A DNA stretch of 64,000 bases from NCBI GenBank assembly GCA_051294905.1, contig CM119372.1, positions 32,676,001 through 32,740,000 on the forward strand. The letters are read 5' to 3'. The DNA comes from Botryllus schlosseri (Eukaryota). Below, piece by piece: positions 1 through 14,443 of this stretch; position 1 is the first letter of the stretch; each line of letters starts with the position of its first letter. Made by a program: the position numbers and the translations under genes. A model generated the notes under the pieces. It searched no databases. It was not told the origin of the DNA and saw only the letters and a program-made list of their open reading frames with translations.

Positions 1-348
1 GTCAAAATGTGCGATGACTCGAGATGACTCGTGTCTCGAAGGTAGTGACTTGATCCCAACACTGCAAGATTGTAAGATTTCGGGCGAATTTGAGACAATT
101 TCTCCGAACAAGATTTTTGACACGCATTAATTTTCGATTTGCACACCACTCCTAAATGGATCTCAGCGATTTGGAATTCGAGTAGATTCGCTAAACTTTA
201 ATCAATACCACGTGTAACTTTGAAAAAGAACAGTATAGATGAGAGCCACTGGTTCAATGGCACTATTATCCAGTGGTTTTTAGTTCTAAGCACTCGAAAA
301 TCAAGTTTTTTCAACTGTGAAGGTCTGTGTGATGCCATGCCTCTAAAC

Positions 349-736
349 CAGTGGTTCCCAAAATCCCAACTTGGACAATATCGCCCCCAGTGGGGTATTT
401 CGAGAAACGAGGGGGCGGCTGAGGGTGAAAATGTTAGAACGTCCAGAGTCTGAGATCTATTTGATTAACATGTGAAAAAATGCACGTGAAGACGGCTTAT
501 TCTGCGTATGACGAGAAAGTTGACTTGAAAAAGTCAACTCAACGGAAAGTAAACACAGAAACCAGTTTTACGAGCACCTACTCGAAAAATGACCTCTTTT
601 ATTCAGTTCACCAGCGATTAGAGTTTGGTGAATAAATTTTCTGTTTATATCTTTTTCGGATCCGTGAATATGGGGGCCGAAATTGGTGTCGAGCTTGATA
701 ATGGGCCTATGAGTTGAAAAAGGTTGGGAACCACTG
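349..736. mobile_element. hAT (Charlie/Buster-type) MITE
   Basis: Ends CAGTGGTTCCCAA...TTGGGAACCACTG; imperfect 8-bp flanks CTCTAAAC/TTATAAAC. Confidence 0.7.
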
Positions 737-1337
737 TTATAAACCATTTACTGGTACTCAAGTACTTTCAGAACCTCTGGATCACTACTTGCACTAGACG
801 GATTTATGGTATGCACTAGACACCTCTGTTTGCACTCTAACCTTCGAGTACTTGAACCACAAAAATAAATCAATGTTCCCAGTCTAGAAGAGGGTGGAAT
901 GCAAAAAGTTTGGATTTCAAAAGTGCCATTGATACTTGGTCCCAAATCTCAAATGAATTACATCTATCATGATTTCAGGTTCTAGGTCTAGCACCCTCTT
1001 AGTGGCCGTGCAATTTTACCAAACAAGCCGAAAATAGCTAATTTTGCCATGTCTTGATAATCGCTCATGCTAGAAAGCCAGTTTTGGGCTTGAAATGCGC
1101 GGAAGTATTCGCAGATTATAGATCTCTGACTCCCTAATTATCATGCTATTGCTATGGCATCCCCAAAATTGCTGATATTTTATACCTCATGGCTGATACC
1201 GGTGTTTCTACCCGAGTGTGATATCAACTCGATATTTTCGCCAAACCAATGTCACGCTCTACTGAAGCAGTTATGCTTTTACCCGTGCTCAGCTCTATTC
1301 AACGTGAGAAACACTGATATCGTAATCGGCCACTTAC

Positions 1338-1557
1338 CGGCAAGTAATTCGGTATAGCCGACAATGTGCATGTACTGCACAGACGTGATTTTGATGTACC
1401 CCTTGAAGGGCGCCACGCGCAAGAACTTTCCGAAATCTTTCGCCATGCTCTTGTGCACGTCGGGAACGATGGCGTGGCCAAACCTGGTGATTTTCACGCA
1501 GCCGGAGCAGACAAATAGCGCCCCAAGAGTGAAACGGAGTACCGTTGACAAACCCAT
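1338..1557 (-). CDS. TMEM35/NACHO-like (DoxX-type) membrane protein, copy A, coding exon 1; downstream exon not found in the window
   Basis: MGLSTVLRFTLGALFVCSGCVKIT...IVGYTELLAG resembles the TMEM35 N-terminus; the 220-nt exon ends at a G|GTAAGT donor. Confidence 0.7.
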
Positions 1558-2329
1558 AAGTACAGTTAAATATATTCGTTAATCTGGTAAAATGTTCGAT
1601 AAAAGAAAGAACAGTTATGTTGACGTGCGGTCCTAAATGATTTTGGTGGCATCATAGCTAGAAGATGAATTAATAATGAAATCGTTCAGAAAAATTAAAA
1701 ATACCACAAAAACGATGGTGCATTGAACAAGAAACTTCAGCAAATAACATAACTTACGTAACGTCAGGGGCCACAATTGAAATGCGAGACACCCGCTTTC
1801 AACATCAGAAATAGCAGAAAATATTTGAATCAATCGAATTTCAATTATGTCGAATAAATCAAATTTCTATAAAACTGAAATCTCGAACTCTATCTTGTGG
1901 TATCGTACCAAGTGAGATGGGAGATGCTGATCAGTAAGTGCCGACCTAATCAGGCTATTCGAAATATCAGCGCTGCAGCAGGAACGACTACTTACAGGTA
2001 TTGGCTAAGAATGGATTTTAATTTGGTTTTGAAAACAAACAGATTTCAATATTTTCGCACAATTTGGTTAGACTATTGAGTTACGATGAATTGAACTGAA
2101 AATTGTCTTCAGAATTTCGTGCAGCTTTTGAAAAAATTTCAGCCATCGCATTTGTTTGAAGATGATTCGGAAGAAGATTTGGACTACAAGCAGAAATTGG
2201 ATTTACAAATAATATTTGGTCACACGGGTGAATCATTGCAAATAAACATCATAAAGCTATTCTGTGCTAAATTGACTTCAAGATAGGGATGTGCGGATGG
2301 GTTACAAAATAAAAAAAAAGCTCTACTAC

Positions 2330-5300
2330 GTAGTACGTATATAAATCATAAGCGCTCGTTGATACTGGGCTGGCAATTGTAAATGGAGCACAGTGTACTC
2401 CAGTCTCGGCATTCAAGAGCATATCATGTAAGCATGTCCACATCCATATTTCCTGTTGACTGAAAATACCTGCAAAAATACAAAATCATCAGATTTATCA
2501 TATCATCTGATTTATGTACCGATATTTGTTGGATAATCTGAGAGAAGCATGGTTATACATTAGCATCTGAAGATGTTGGCTGGAGCTAGATTTATAAAAA
2601 TGATCCCACATGGTAGCCTATCCGTCACATTTACAGATAATCTTGGAGAGAAAGTAGAAACAGAAGTACCGATTTCCAGGATACCACAAGTGGAAGTATA
2701 AAATGAAAGGTCTGGCAATTTTTTTTGGTGGCTACTTTTGAAAGCGCGAGACGAATCTACACAGCTAAAACACATAATGACATGAGAAAAGAAACAAGCG
2801 CAATCTTCTAATAAACATCTAGTTAACTAGATGCAGGGGCTATTTCACACAGTTGTCATGACAATTTCCCTCAAAAAAGTAGTAGCGTAGCCTACTAGGT
2901 TACCTACTAATGCATGGGCTGGCAACCTTTTGTATGCAGGGTGTCAAAATATCAAAAAATTGTAAAATATTACCAACTGGCGTGTCAACCATATTTAATT
3001 TTGTCATATTCAGCGTTTCAAGCAAGGAATCACACCAACTACCTATCTGCAACGCAACTGGCACATGGCAACGGCGTCGGTTACGTCAGTGATTCTTACA
3101 GTATTAGTCGCGAAGGGTATAAATGTTGGTCGCTACCGCACTAGACATACCGCCTTCTGTACGTAATATGTGCATCATCCAAATTTGGTCGTGTAATGGT
3201 CTTTCTTCTACGGTTGCCTTGATAGTTCACAAGTCTACTGTGTTCGGTACCATAGCCAATAAGTGACAGGCCCATCAAAGATGTTATGAGATGGCCTGAT
3301 GATAAAATGTGCCAACCCCTGTATCATGCAAGTCGGTTTGACGTCACAATTTAGTTGGTCTGGCACTAGATTTGTGTGCAAAGCTTCAAAGATTGCGGTA
3401 TAGCAGTAAAGGTTATTGTCGTTGTTCCAGATATATTGGAATCGCTTACACGTATCAGGCGAAACTAAAACAATATATCCTTTCATGAGACGAACACAAT
3501 TCCAAATTCGCATTTCGACATGGGACTCATTATTTCCCTTTGTGGGTCTCATTCGAGACGTGCTGCTCAGGCTGCGGGAGCTGGACTCTTCGCGTCAGTC
3601 ATTTCGGCGCCTGGACAGTGGACATATCAATGTCGAACGTTTTGGTCAACATGCAGGAGGTTATTATATTTATATGTTTTATCGTCGCAAATCATTTTGG
3701 CCACGCACACAACGCACGGAGTCGCCTGTTGCCGAAACGTGCATCTCCTAGGGTGAAAATGCCCAGCACCAAAATGCTGGTTCATATAAAATATTCGCGG
3801 TCCCACATGCTGCACAGTGCACACTCCTAGACTAAAGCATCTTAACAGTTTCATACGATATTCGGTTACCGTATATATATTTTTGTGGGCTTCGAAAAAT
3901 CAAGTAATTAGGTCACGGTGAATCGAGCTAAAAAAATGTGCAGGATAACTAAAATCTGTCATAAAAAGTCTCCGTATTATGTTCATTTATCAAATATTTT
4001 AGCTTTTCGATTTTGAAAACTTACGGTATGTGAAATGTTTTGCAACAAAACATGGTTATAATGTCGGGTTCGTTGAATCATTTATCGTGCCATGAAAAAT
4101 CACCTCACGTGCCAGGGTTTGCTGACCCCTGGACTAATGGCTACCTCTGGACATTTGGGGTGTTCAAAAATGACTTTTTTCTAAATTGTACTGGCTACTC
4201 GGTAGCCTACCACTTGGCAAACCAAATTTGGTTTAATTCCAACCAGTTGCCGCATTGCTACAGGAGAAGTTTTTTCATTTAGTATTTCTCATGAAAATTA
4301 ATTGAAAAACAATTTTAAAATTTTCTGTTATCCCAATGAAATTGTTATGTTGCCTATAGAAACGATGTTCACCGAATCTGACTGAATTCCAACCAGTGGA
4401 AGCAAAGTTATTGCCGTCGAAAAATTTGGATTTGGATAAAATAGTATTGACGGTGGGCACACCTATAATAAATAATTAAAGAATTGGTCACCGTTAATAC
4501 TATTTTATTCAAAAACTTTTTCAGCGGCAACAACTCCGCTTTCGCTGGTGTGAATCGAGCCAAATTTGTTGAGCCTCGATTCTATAGACAACCCAACATT
4601 TTCATGGGGTGATCAGAAAATTTTGAAAATTTTTTTCATTCATTTTTACATACCGGTAATAAATACAACACTTTCTTCTGTAGCAATGCGGCTACTGGTT
4701 GGAGCTGAACCAAATTCGGTCTGCAGGCTTCAATTAGGTAACCTAACAATTGTATCAAATAGCCAGTACAATATGAAAAGGTAGTTTTTCAACACCCCTA
4801 CTGGACATGGTATTAAACATACTATAAAAGTTGATTGGAAACACATTCTGTCAAAACATTGTGTACATACCATCATTAATCGCATTTCTTCATCTTACGC
4901 CCCTTCCCACACCAAGCGACGTAGAGGCTAGCGCACGCCATGCACGCATGAAACGCTATTCTATCGAAGGGCTCTCTCACTTTATAGTGACTATGTGTGG
5001 CAGCCACCTTGACGAGAGCAAGCACCAATGCCGCATAGACTGTTGCATTGTTTGTCAGCAGCAGCATACCTTCGAGAGTAAAGCCTGGTCAGTGTTGTAT
5101 GAGGTACTACTTCTACAGTTTGAAAGAACGCGACCAAGGAGAAATAATTGCGAATCGGAATCATTAGGTGGCCTAAATAACAGCCGAACACGAAATTTGG
5201 CTCAATCCCAACCAGTAGCCTACAAACCACGACAGAGCCAATTGAAATTTCAAGTAAAAAAGTTTTTCGAATTTCACTGGCATGGCAACCCTATGAAATT

Positions 5301-6086
5301 GTCAAGTTGCCTTAAAAAATAAGATGCATAACAATTTTTGCTCACTTCCAACCAGCGGAAGTGAAGTTATGCAGTTGAAAGTTTTGGATTTGCAAGAATA
5401 GAATTGAATGTTGGGTAGCCTAATTCCAGAATTATTGATAGAAAATTCAAATAACCTTACTTCTACGGGTTGGAATGGCGTCAAATTTCTTTTACATTGT
5501 TTTTGTAGACAACTCAACAATTTCATGAGGTAGTCAGTCCAATTTATAACTTTTTTTAATTTTCTGAATAAACTCAAAAATTTCAATCAGCTCTGCCGCG
5601 GTTTGTTCTGGTTGGAATTGAGTCTAATTTGGTGAGCAGCGTTTTAGGCAACCTAGCAATTTAATAAGTGAATCTCTGGAAATCCGGAAAAAAAATAAGT
5701 TATTTTTGAACAACTTATTTCACACCTATGATTCACAGAACCACTCTCGCTTGTGCTTGAGTGCAATCAATGATTGCCACTTTGACCAACGACCAGGAAC
5801 AGCCGTCAAATGAAACTTTTGCAGCGACGGTGAAATCAGCAACTTCAACAGTGATCATTCACTCACCTCCCAGTAGTTCAGAGTAGCCCACAAAGTGCAT
5901 ATACTGCGAAGACGTGACCTTGATGTACCCCTTGAAGGGTGCCGCGCGCAGATACTTTGCATAATCTTTGGCCATGCTTTTGTGCATGTCAGGAACCACT
6001 GCGTTACCCAACCTGGTAATTTTCACGCAGCCAGAGCACACAAATAACGCTCCTACTACGAAACGAGCAATTGTCGCCAAACCCAT
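2330..6086 (-). pseudogene. TMEM35-like copy B: intact exon 1 (5867-6086) plus frameshifted last exon (~2330-2469)
   Basis: Exon 1 is 220 nt, ends G|GTGAGT and is a close paralogue of copy A. After the TTTTTGCAG acceptor at 2470, TGNM...LEYTVLHLQLPAQY matches copy C exon 3 but is out of frame. Confidence 0.55.
4155..4800. mobile_element. Palindromic hAT-like MITE, same family as 15790-16406
   Basis: Ends TTGGGGTGTT...AACACCCCTA; perfect 8-bp TSD CTGGACAT (4147-4154, 4801-4808). Confidence 0.75.
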
Positions 6087-7298
6087 CAGTGAAGTTATAT
6101 ATATTCAATGTAAATACAATCTGTAAGCAAAGAATAGGTGAACACATCGTCGGTCATGATTTTAATGGTATCGAAGTTGAGTATCAAAAATTGATCTCAC
6201 AAAACATGAGTTCAGCCAGAAACACTTTCATTACCCTAGAAAAAATTGTGTGGTAGATACACTCGAGCATAATTTCGGCACACAAAAATGAGTAAAGATA
6301 TACAATCAAAACATTGCGAATTGTAGAAAAATGAAGACAGACCGCAAAGCAGACTTGTTAAAAGTTAATTTCAGATTGGATAGAAAATCACAGCAACACG
6401 GAATGTGACTGATACAATTTGGAATGTCTCATGCAACACACTAGCATTTTGGTCAGCAAGGCAGTAAATGAGGAACGTAAATTTATGCAGCCTAATTGTA
6501 CGTCCCGTTTGCAGGAAAAGGAATTTGTTGCAAAAGTTGATAACAGTGCAAGTTTCAGCGATAATTTGAGCCAAAAATCAGCAGTGACAGTGTCAGCACA
6601 GTGTGCCGATCTTATGGCAGCAATTGAAGCGATCAACATGACATAACACCGCTAATGCTTGGAATATCTCTAGGTTTCAATGCATACCATTTGTCCCAAG
6701 CATAGTGGGAAAAGGACAGCCTAAATAGCAAAATCTTCAAGATCAATTCATCTCAATCGTATTTTTCATTAAAATTCGCCAATCATGGAGAGAATCAAAT
6801 TAATATTTGTGTAATATTGTAGTGTTTGCTAGTAATTGGTCAATGACTGATACAGTTATCTGTATTTTCAGTACCAGTGTATGTCATATATCCACAGCAA
6901 AATTCTAATTTTGTGGTAGCTGGCACAACTCGCAACTGATATACTCCAAGTCTGAAACTTCAAGTTAAAACGATTAACGACGTCTTGAAAAAGTACATCC
7001 ATATCAGCTTCAGTCATGATGATCGCAAGGCAAATCAAAAGCATGCGATTGCAACCTATACAAGGTCATTCAATTCATTTCTATTATCGTACAATATCCA
7101 AATAAACGCTAATTTCAGTAAGACGCACAGCCCAAAATATACAAAAATTCATTTCATTCAAATGTGCACAAATTCTCGCAATACAAATTATACAGGTACA
7201 GCCCCGGCAGGCCTCTTGCACAAATTACATACACATCACAGACGTTCCTCTCTTCGGAACTAACTATAGTCCACGAAACACAATACCCGATGTACACC

Positions 7299-10200
7299 TC
7301 AATCGGTTTTCTCTTTCGAGCCCCCGCTAAAGCAGATGGAGGCTAACGCCAAAATCAAGCCGCCGACTACGGCCATGTATTGGACCGGTGCTTTCATGAT
7401 GAACAGAGTGTACTCGAGTCCCGCCGTTTCGATGAGCAAAGTAAATGACGCGAGACCCACCATATTTCCTGTCATTATCAAAAACCCTGCAAACAGTAAT
7501 ACACCGATGAAGAATTTGATTAGTGGGATGAGCGTTAGTTCATTTTTCTCTGTTCAATCAATGAATTTACCATTCAGGTTGCTCTGGAGATCGGGGCTTG
7601 GTGATTTTGGGTCAGAGTAAGGTATACAGCTGAGTGACCAAATATATTTGAATTATAGCTTTCCTGTAGCTATTATATTATCAATGTATTATTATACACT
7701 GGCGTTTTCGACGTGAATAACTATTATTTGGTCCATTTTTCCAGAAAACTCTGAACTAATAGTGAGCTTTTTTGCATTCTCAAAATATAGCGTCAATGTC
7801 ACTGACTTGTTCCTCCAAACTCCACACTGCCTTCAGATGGTGATAATGTTGCTCAGGAACATGTTTCACATTTACTGTCCTATGCATAGGCGCCTACTTA
7901 CGAGGTGATGCGCCACCTCGTGACCATATTTACGAGGTGGCGGCCACCTCGTACAAAATGCTCAAACACCCAGTGATTTGTGACCAGTAATTAGTAATCA
8001 TGCAAATCGATGCGACCTCGTTAGAGACGCGCGTGTGCCAGGCTCGTAGCCCCGTTGGTTTCTGGGGTCAAACTTCCCTATTTGAAACGCGAAACCCCGT
8101 CATTTTGAAATGAGCATTCTAACTCTAATATTCAGTTGCAATTCACTAATTGGGTTATCAGTGTTCCACGCAGCCGATTTGCGACACATGTTGTCAATTA
8201 GCGAGAAGAGTCAGCGATGATTTCCCGCTGAGATGGTCGCAAAATTACGTCATTCATTCCCGTGCACGTGGCAATCGTCGCTAGCCTGATTTATCGCGTC
8301 TCGAACAAGCCTGGTTCCGCAGGCTTGAACAATCGCATCTGCAATAGGCCCAGTTCACACTGTATCATCGCTTGCCTGCGCAATCGCACCTGCATTGGCG
8401 GCTTCGGCCGGGTGTGCACAATATCATCGCTGGCCTACACATACACAATAGCATCTGCAATAGGCCTGTTGTGAAAGATATCATTGCTGGCCTAACTATC
8501 GCGTCTCGGGCATAGCGTGCTTTGGCTCCTAACTCTTGCTGGTTTGGAGACAAGAGGTCGGGTTTACGCTAATTAGTAATTGTTTTATGTCATATTGATT
8601 AAAAAGCGACATCGCGAAAACGAATAACATCGAATCGTTGCAAACAGACGTAATTGATTCCCGCTAATACTTGAACGTAACAATCAGATGAAGTGTATCA
8701 TGGCTTGAGTTCTGAAAGACGACAAATGTTTGAAATCGGTGCCATCAAGTTCGGACATTTTGCTTTGCGAAAACTGTCGCCGAGACAGCGTAATATACGC
8801 CCGTGATTAATTGTTTACCAGAGATCAAGGACTCGCTACTTGACAGCACTTCCGACTCTTTGGCAAGCTTATCATACGCCAAAAATCGTCGATACGAAGA
8901 GATGATATGATCGCCATTTACACATGTACTTGACCCGAATTGAATTGATGATATATTAGTAAATTTGAAAAAAAATTCCCCCTAATTTTTCAACTGGCTA
9001 CGCGCCTAGCGTGTGCTGAGAAGCACCATCCTAGATCTCCTCTCTCGATAAGGCGCCCAAATTATGATTTGATTCGATTCGTTTGAACATTGAACCATTT
9101 ACATTCCGGTAAACTTGATTGCTGGATGTACTCGTATCGAGAACAACAATATCGAATATTAAACTATTAGGCATTAGGTAGACAGTGGATTTCTATTGAT
9201 AAGACCGCGGCTTGCGCCCGGTAGTGGAATTAATTCTAGCCCAGAGGGGGCCAACCTGCGGCCGTAGAAGGAAATTTGTGCAGCCGTCAACACGTAATTC
9301 AATTAGTATGTGTTGGCGGCCGTCGACAATGCAAATTGAATTTACGAATTGACCGATGTACTCCTGAAATACTGCGCGAACGTAAATCAGGAAATGCACC
9401 AATGCCGTCCAAATCGCTCTTTTAATCTGCAAATAATTTCAGCGATGCGAGTAGGTCAACGCGAAGCAAGAAACCGCAAGATACAATTACTGATTGGCTG
9501 CGCGATTTCGCGTTTGGAATCATCATTATTGTCCGCTTGAAATATTCGAGAGTTGTCGTGTGTTACTTGGCAGGCGAGTGCGTAGTGTATTTCGTTGCTC
9601 ACACGGCTAGTTGCGCGTGAATAACATTGATGCAATTCCAGATTCTCAGTGACGTAAATTCTGATTTTTGTTCGATGCATTCCGTCGGACGGACTGGTAG
9701 CGCAGGCCGCAGTTACACTTTCGAATGATCGTACCGTTTTAAGATTCCATTTAATATGCATGGTTTGATATTAATGAGTGCAGACTACAGCCTGCAGGGC
9801 CAAACGTCACTGAATGGTTTAACACTGCACGTACACCAGCGGCATGTAGTAAAGTGTGTTTCAGTGCAACGATGACGTCATCGATATGGAACAATTATGA
9901 CGTCACAAGACTTCGCCACCTCGTAAAAAAATAAAAGTCGGTGCCTATGGTCCTATGGGATTATTTACAAAGAACACTAAAAATCCAAATTTTGTTGAAA
10001 TGTGCTGGATAAAACAATTATTTTTTAAATTTACACAGAATGGCTCTGAGGTGGGGGGGGGGGGGGTGCGGCTCGTATGCTCGACACCCCCGCCTTAGAG
10101 TCCCCATCTTCAGCTCAGCTAACATATCATACCAGCACCAGACGATAACTTCGATTGGAAAGACATTTCGCCAGCCGTCCATCATTCAAAATTGACACGT

Positions 10201-13200
10201 CTGACAGCTGTGGCCTGTCCTACGGTTTCACAATTTACAATAAGCAGCCTTTTGAAAATTGAGCTAATATCTCGGTTACATCGATAATAACTGACATCCT
10301 CATGATTAACGCATGGAGTGCTTTTATAAGTCACAAATAAATTGAAAATACACTGACCACAAATCAAGTCTACGTAGCCGAATAGTTCTTGCGCTTCGGC
10401 AGCGGTGACTTTCACATCATCTCGTCCGGGAAAATCTTTCAAGGCACGGTCCATGTCCTTAAATCCTTTTTCCTGCAATTTTTAAAATCATGACGGTGAA
10501 CGCATACTCTCCCAGATCGAGATTACATCTTTATATCAGATATCATATTCAGATCTCCCTTAACATCTGCCGCAGCTCTGTGTTCGGAGCATTGGTCCAG
10601 CAATCTGCAGGTCTGGACACCCAGGCTCCGACCCAGTGGCAGTACGAAGAAGGGAAAATGCGCCGAGGTCACAGGTAATGCAGAACAGGGCATTGCGCTT
10701 CCCAGCCCACATTTAATATAAGCTTTATTGTGCGACCAACTATGAGATATCACCAAATAAATGAAAACCAAATTTATGAGAAAATGAACAATCTATAAAC
10801 ATGCAATTTAATAGCAATGCGGAAATTGCATATGGTAGGGTCATATCAAGTCACTTGCTCCAGGCCAAATTTCCACCATCTCGGATTTTCATGAAAAACT
10901 GCTTGCTTACAGAGCTTTGTTTTCTGATTACAGAAAACCAAATTTCATCGAAAAAGGTCATCTAGAACCGAAGATATGGCCGTTCAAAAATTGCGGTTTT
11001 TGTGATCGCTCAAGCGAAAAAAATGTCAGAAATTTATACATGAAACTTGAATTTGCCATAATTCGATCAAATTAGGGTTGTTGAGGGTGACACTGTCACA
11101 CATGTTCATTTACATCAGGGGTCGCCAACTCAAAACGGGTCGCGGGCCACTTTTCAAATTTCGTAGCGGCCGCGGGCCGCATGAATTCAATATCGATATA
11201 AAGTAGGCAACCACGTTTTAAAACTTTATGTCAGTACAACGCTGTGCTACCTAACATAGTCGATGGGCATAGTGATCACAAAAGAAGTGATATTGTATTA
11301 GAATATCACCGTCATCAATTTCATTTTATTTTGAACTCTGAGCTGTGCACGATACCTTGAAACGATTTTTGGGGCTAGCGATATACGCTACTAGATGAAA
11401 GACCATCTCCACGTAAAGCTCGATCTTGTGAAGAAGCCCTAAGTCAGTGGTTCTGAAACCTTTTTAGACATGTCCCGCTTTATGATACTGAAAATTGTCT
11501 CTCCCCCCATTATTGTCACGTCACAAAATGCATCCATAGAGCTAGCAATCTGAACGGATAGTTTAATGGCATGGATGGTAATGAATGTTGATGACAGAAT
11601 TCTATAATATGAATTCGGGACTATACAAAGAGCAATAACTATAACTATGAACACGAGACAAATCGCGCGGAGCGCGAAAAAGTTTTCAGTTGACTTCAGC
11701 TCCGCGCCCCCTTGAAATGCTTTCACGCGCCCACAAGGCGACACGCCCCACAGTTTCAGAACCACTGCTCTAAACCGTTTTCTAAGCGTCTCGGTCTTGG
11801 CAGTATTTCCGCCATTGAAGGTCAATTTCAGCATTTGCAAAATCTTTTCTTAGCTTTCTTCCGAAATCTCAAATCAAGTCGCGGGCCGCAAAATAAGACC
11901 TCGTGGGCCGCGTGTTGGTGACCCCTGATTTACATCCTACTTGATACTTTGCCCCCTTCTTTGACACCTTGGGTTGCACAGTCTGACCTTTAACCCCGTG
12001 ATTCTGTTCATGTCTTCAAAAATCGCTCACGCATGACGTCATTTTTAATTGCAAATATCATTTGGCTAAGAGGAGATGTCATCAAGTGTAAGGTGTCATT
12101 GGAAAGCTCTTGACAAGGACTTTCGAAATCAACAATAACATTGTTGGATATAGAATCATTACATACCATAAGAGTGCCATGAAACTAACCTGCAAATAAC
12201 GTGTTTTAATTAAAAATCTCACCTTTCGTAACATGACACAAACTCTGTGAAACAACTAATTTTACTTTTATTCCATATACAGTACCAATTGATCCATAGA
12301 CAAGGTAATCAGTATAACTCAGAACAGATAATTGCTGACATAAATTATGCCGGAAATAATTTTGAAGATATTTTTGAAAATTGGAGAAAAATTTGCTACA
12401 CAGTTTGAGGTGAACACACAGTACTTCAAAAATGAATCAGAATTCACAACTAACGTAATGATAAGATGCGATATTTTATGTATTCTACACAATACATTTG
12501 GGCAACGATCAGCACTAAACAATGAAATGAACAATTACAATTAAATCCAATATCAATGACCTGCGGGTTTCAGGGTTTGTAGTTTTCATATTATGGTGAG
12601 ATATTAACTATGCACATATCAGAGTCTTCATGCAGTTGGTGAATCTCCAGTAAAGCTGCATTCTCTTTCTGGTAATCGAAAAATTAGATACGACAAAAGA
12701 AAAATACAAGAATTGAATCTCAACGTAAGAGCAAAGCTTGCCAAGGTTTTACATGTTGATGAGATTCAAGAATTAGTAGTGACGGGAAAAGAGGAATATG
12801 AAAATGAAACTGCTTTTGAAAATATCATATCAAAAATGAAAGAAAAAATCAGTAGCCCTTAGCCCTAATTCAACAAGAGCTCAAAAAATTCAAGTCTTAA
12901 CAATGGCTCTAGAAAATTGGTCAAGAAAGATAATCTCGGAAATTTTTGGAGTAAGTGAGGTTGGTTGGTGAGAGATGCGAAACAGCAATAAAATGACAAT
13001 GGAGTTTTTTCTTTGCCACCACCACGAAAAGGGAAGATGCTTTCAGAGGAAACAATTGAAAAAGTTGTGAAGTTTTTCGAAAACAACGAACACAGCAGGT
13101 TGATGCCAGAAATGAAAGAACGAGTTAGCAATAAAAAGAATGTGTATAAACAACACTGAAAGTCAAAGAAGTTTGGAAGACATATCATCAAAGATAAATA

Positions 13201-14443
13201 TATCTGATATGTGCATAGTTAATATCTCACCATAATATGAAAACTACCAACCCGCAGGACATTGATATTGATTTTCATTGTTATTGTTCATTTCATTGTT
13301 TAGTGATGATCGTTGCCCAAATGTATTGTGTAGAATACATAAAATATTGCATCTTATCATTGCGTTAACTGTGTGTTCACCTCAAACTGTCTAGCAAATT
13401 TTTCTCCAATTTTCAAAAATATCTCCAAAATTATTTCCAGCTTCAGCAATTATCTATTCTGAGTTATACTGATTACCATTTCTATAGATCAATTGGTACT
13501 GTATAAGAATAAAAGTAAAATTAGTTGTTTCACAGAGTGTGTGTCATGTTAAGAAAGGTGAGATTTTTAATTAAAACATGTTATTTGCAGGTTAGTTTCA
13601 TGGCACTCTTATGGTATGTAATGATTCTATATCCAGGAATGTTATTGTTGATTTTGAAAGTCCTTGTCAAGAGCATTCCAATGACACCTTACACTTGATG
13701 ACATCACCTCTTAGCCAAAAGATATTTGCAATTAAAAATGATGTCATGCGTGAGCGATTTCTGAAGACATGAACAGAATCACGGGGTTAAAGGTCAGACT
13801 ATGCAACCCCAGGTGTCAAAGAAAGGGCAAAGTATCAAGTAAGATGTAAATGAACATGTGTGAAAGTGTCACCCTCAACAACCCTAATTTGACCAAAATA
13901 TAGCAAATTTCAAATACATGTGTAAATTTCTGACATTTTTTCCGCTTGAGCGATCACAAAACCAGCATTTTTTGAACGTTCACATTTTCGGTTGTACTTG
14001 ACCGATTTTCATAAAATTTGTTTTTCTGAAATCAGAAAGAAAAGTTTTCTAAGCATACCAATTTTCATGAAAATCTGAGATGGTAGGGGTACATTTTGAA
14101 ATTTTTCTGGAGCACCTGAAATGAACTGACCCGGTATGCATATGCACGGATAGTGTGTATGTATATCATGAGTCAGTGTAGGAGGCAATATGCCGTAAAA
14201 ACATCAAGGACCTAAATAACGTTCTGTTCCTATTTCACAAACCCCTACAAAATAGTCACGTCTGTAGGCCTAAATACAAAATTATTTTGGATTACTTGCA
14301 ATGCAACCAATTGGTAAATTCAAACCTACCGCTATTTTCCACGCTTTAGGCACGAACCTCTTTCCCAGCTTCTTCGTCTTCACAAAGCCGGCAGTCATGA
14401 AAAACAGTCCGATGGCAACACGCAATAACGTAGACGTCCTCAT
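7299..14443 (-). CDS. TMEM35-like copy C, 3 exons (14330-14443, 10358-10472, 7299-7486), 138 aa
   Basis: GT-AG exons join in frame: MRTSTLLRVAIGLFFMTAGFVK...|EKGFKDMD...FGYVDLICG|FLIMTGNM...SKEKTD*. The C-terminal KxKxx is an ER-retrieval-type motif. Confidence 0.75.
7885..9949. mobile_element. Non-autonomous DNA transposon with 8-bp TSD (hAT-like), inside an intron of copy C
   Basis: Ends CATAGGCGCCTACTT...AAGTCGGTGCCTATG; TSD GTCCTATG (7877-7884, 9950-9957). Confidence 0.75.
10838..14132. mobile_element. Long-TIR foldback DNA transposon (Sola2-like) with central transposase-like remnant
   Basis: ~0.95-kb inverted arms (10838-12630 minus a nested insert; 13203-14132), GGGTCA...TGACCC ends, 4-bp TSD GGTA. 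The spacer encodes GKMLSEETIEKVVKFFENNEHSRLMPEMKERVS. Confidence 0.7.
11116..11927. mobile_element. hAT MITE nested in the foldback arm; itself contains a second MITE at 11445-11767
   Basis: Ends CAGGGGTCGCCAAC...GTTGGTGACCCCTG; TSD ATTTACAT; absent from the opposite arm. Confidence 0.85.

Noticed and set aside
10523..10771. ORF with ALPVTSA, reminiscent of a hAT dimerisation motif or an extra TMEM35 exon
   Set aside because: The similarity is too short, and copy C splices in frame without it
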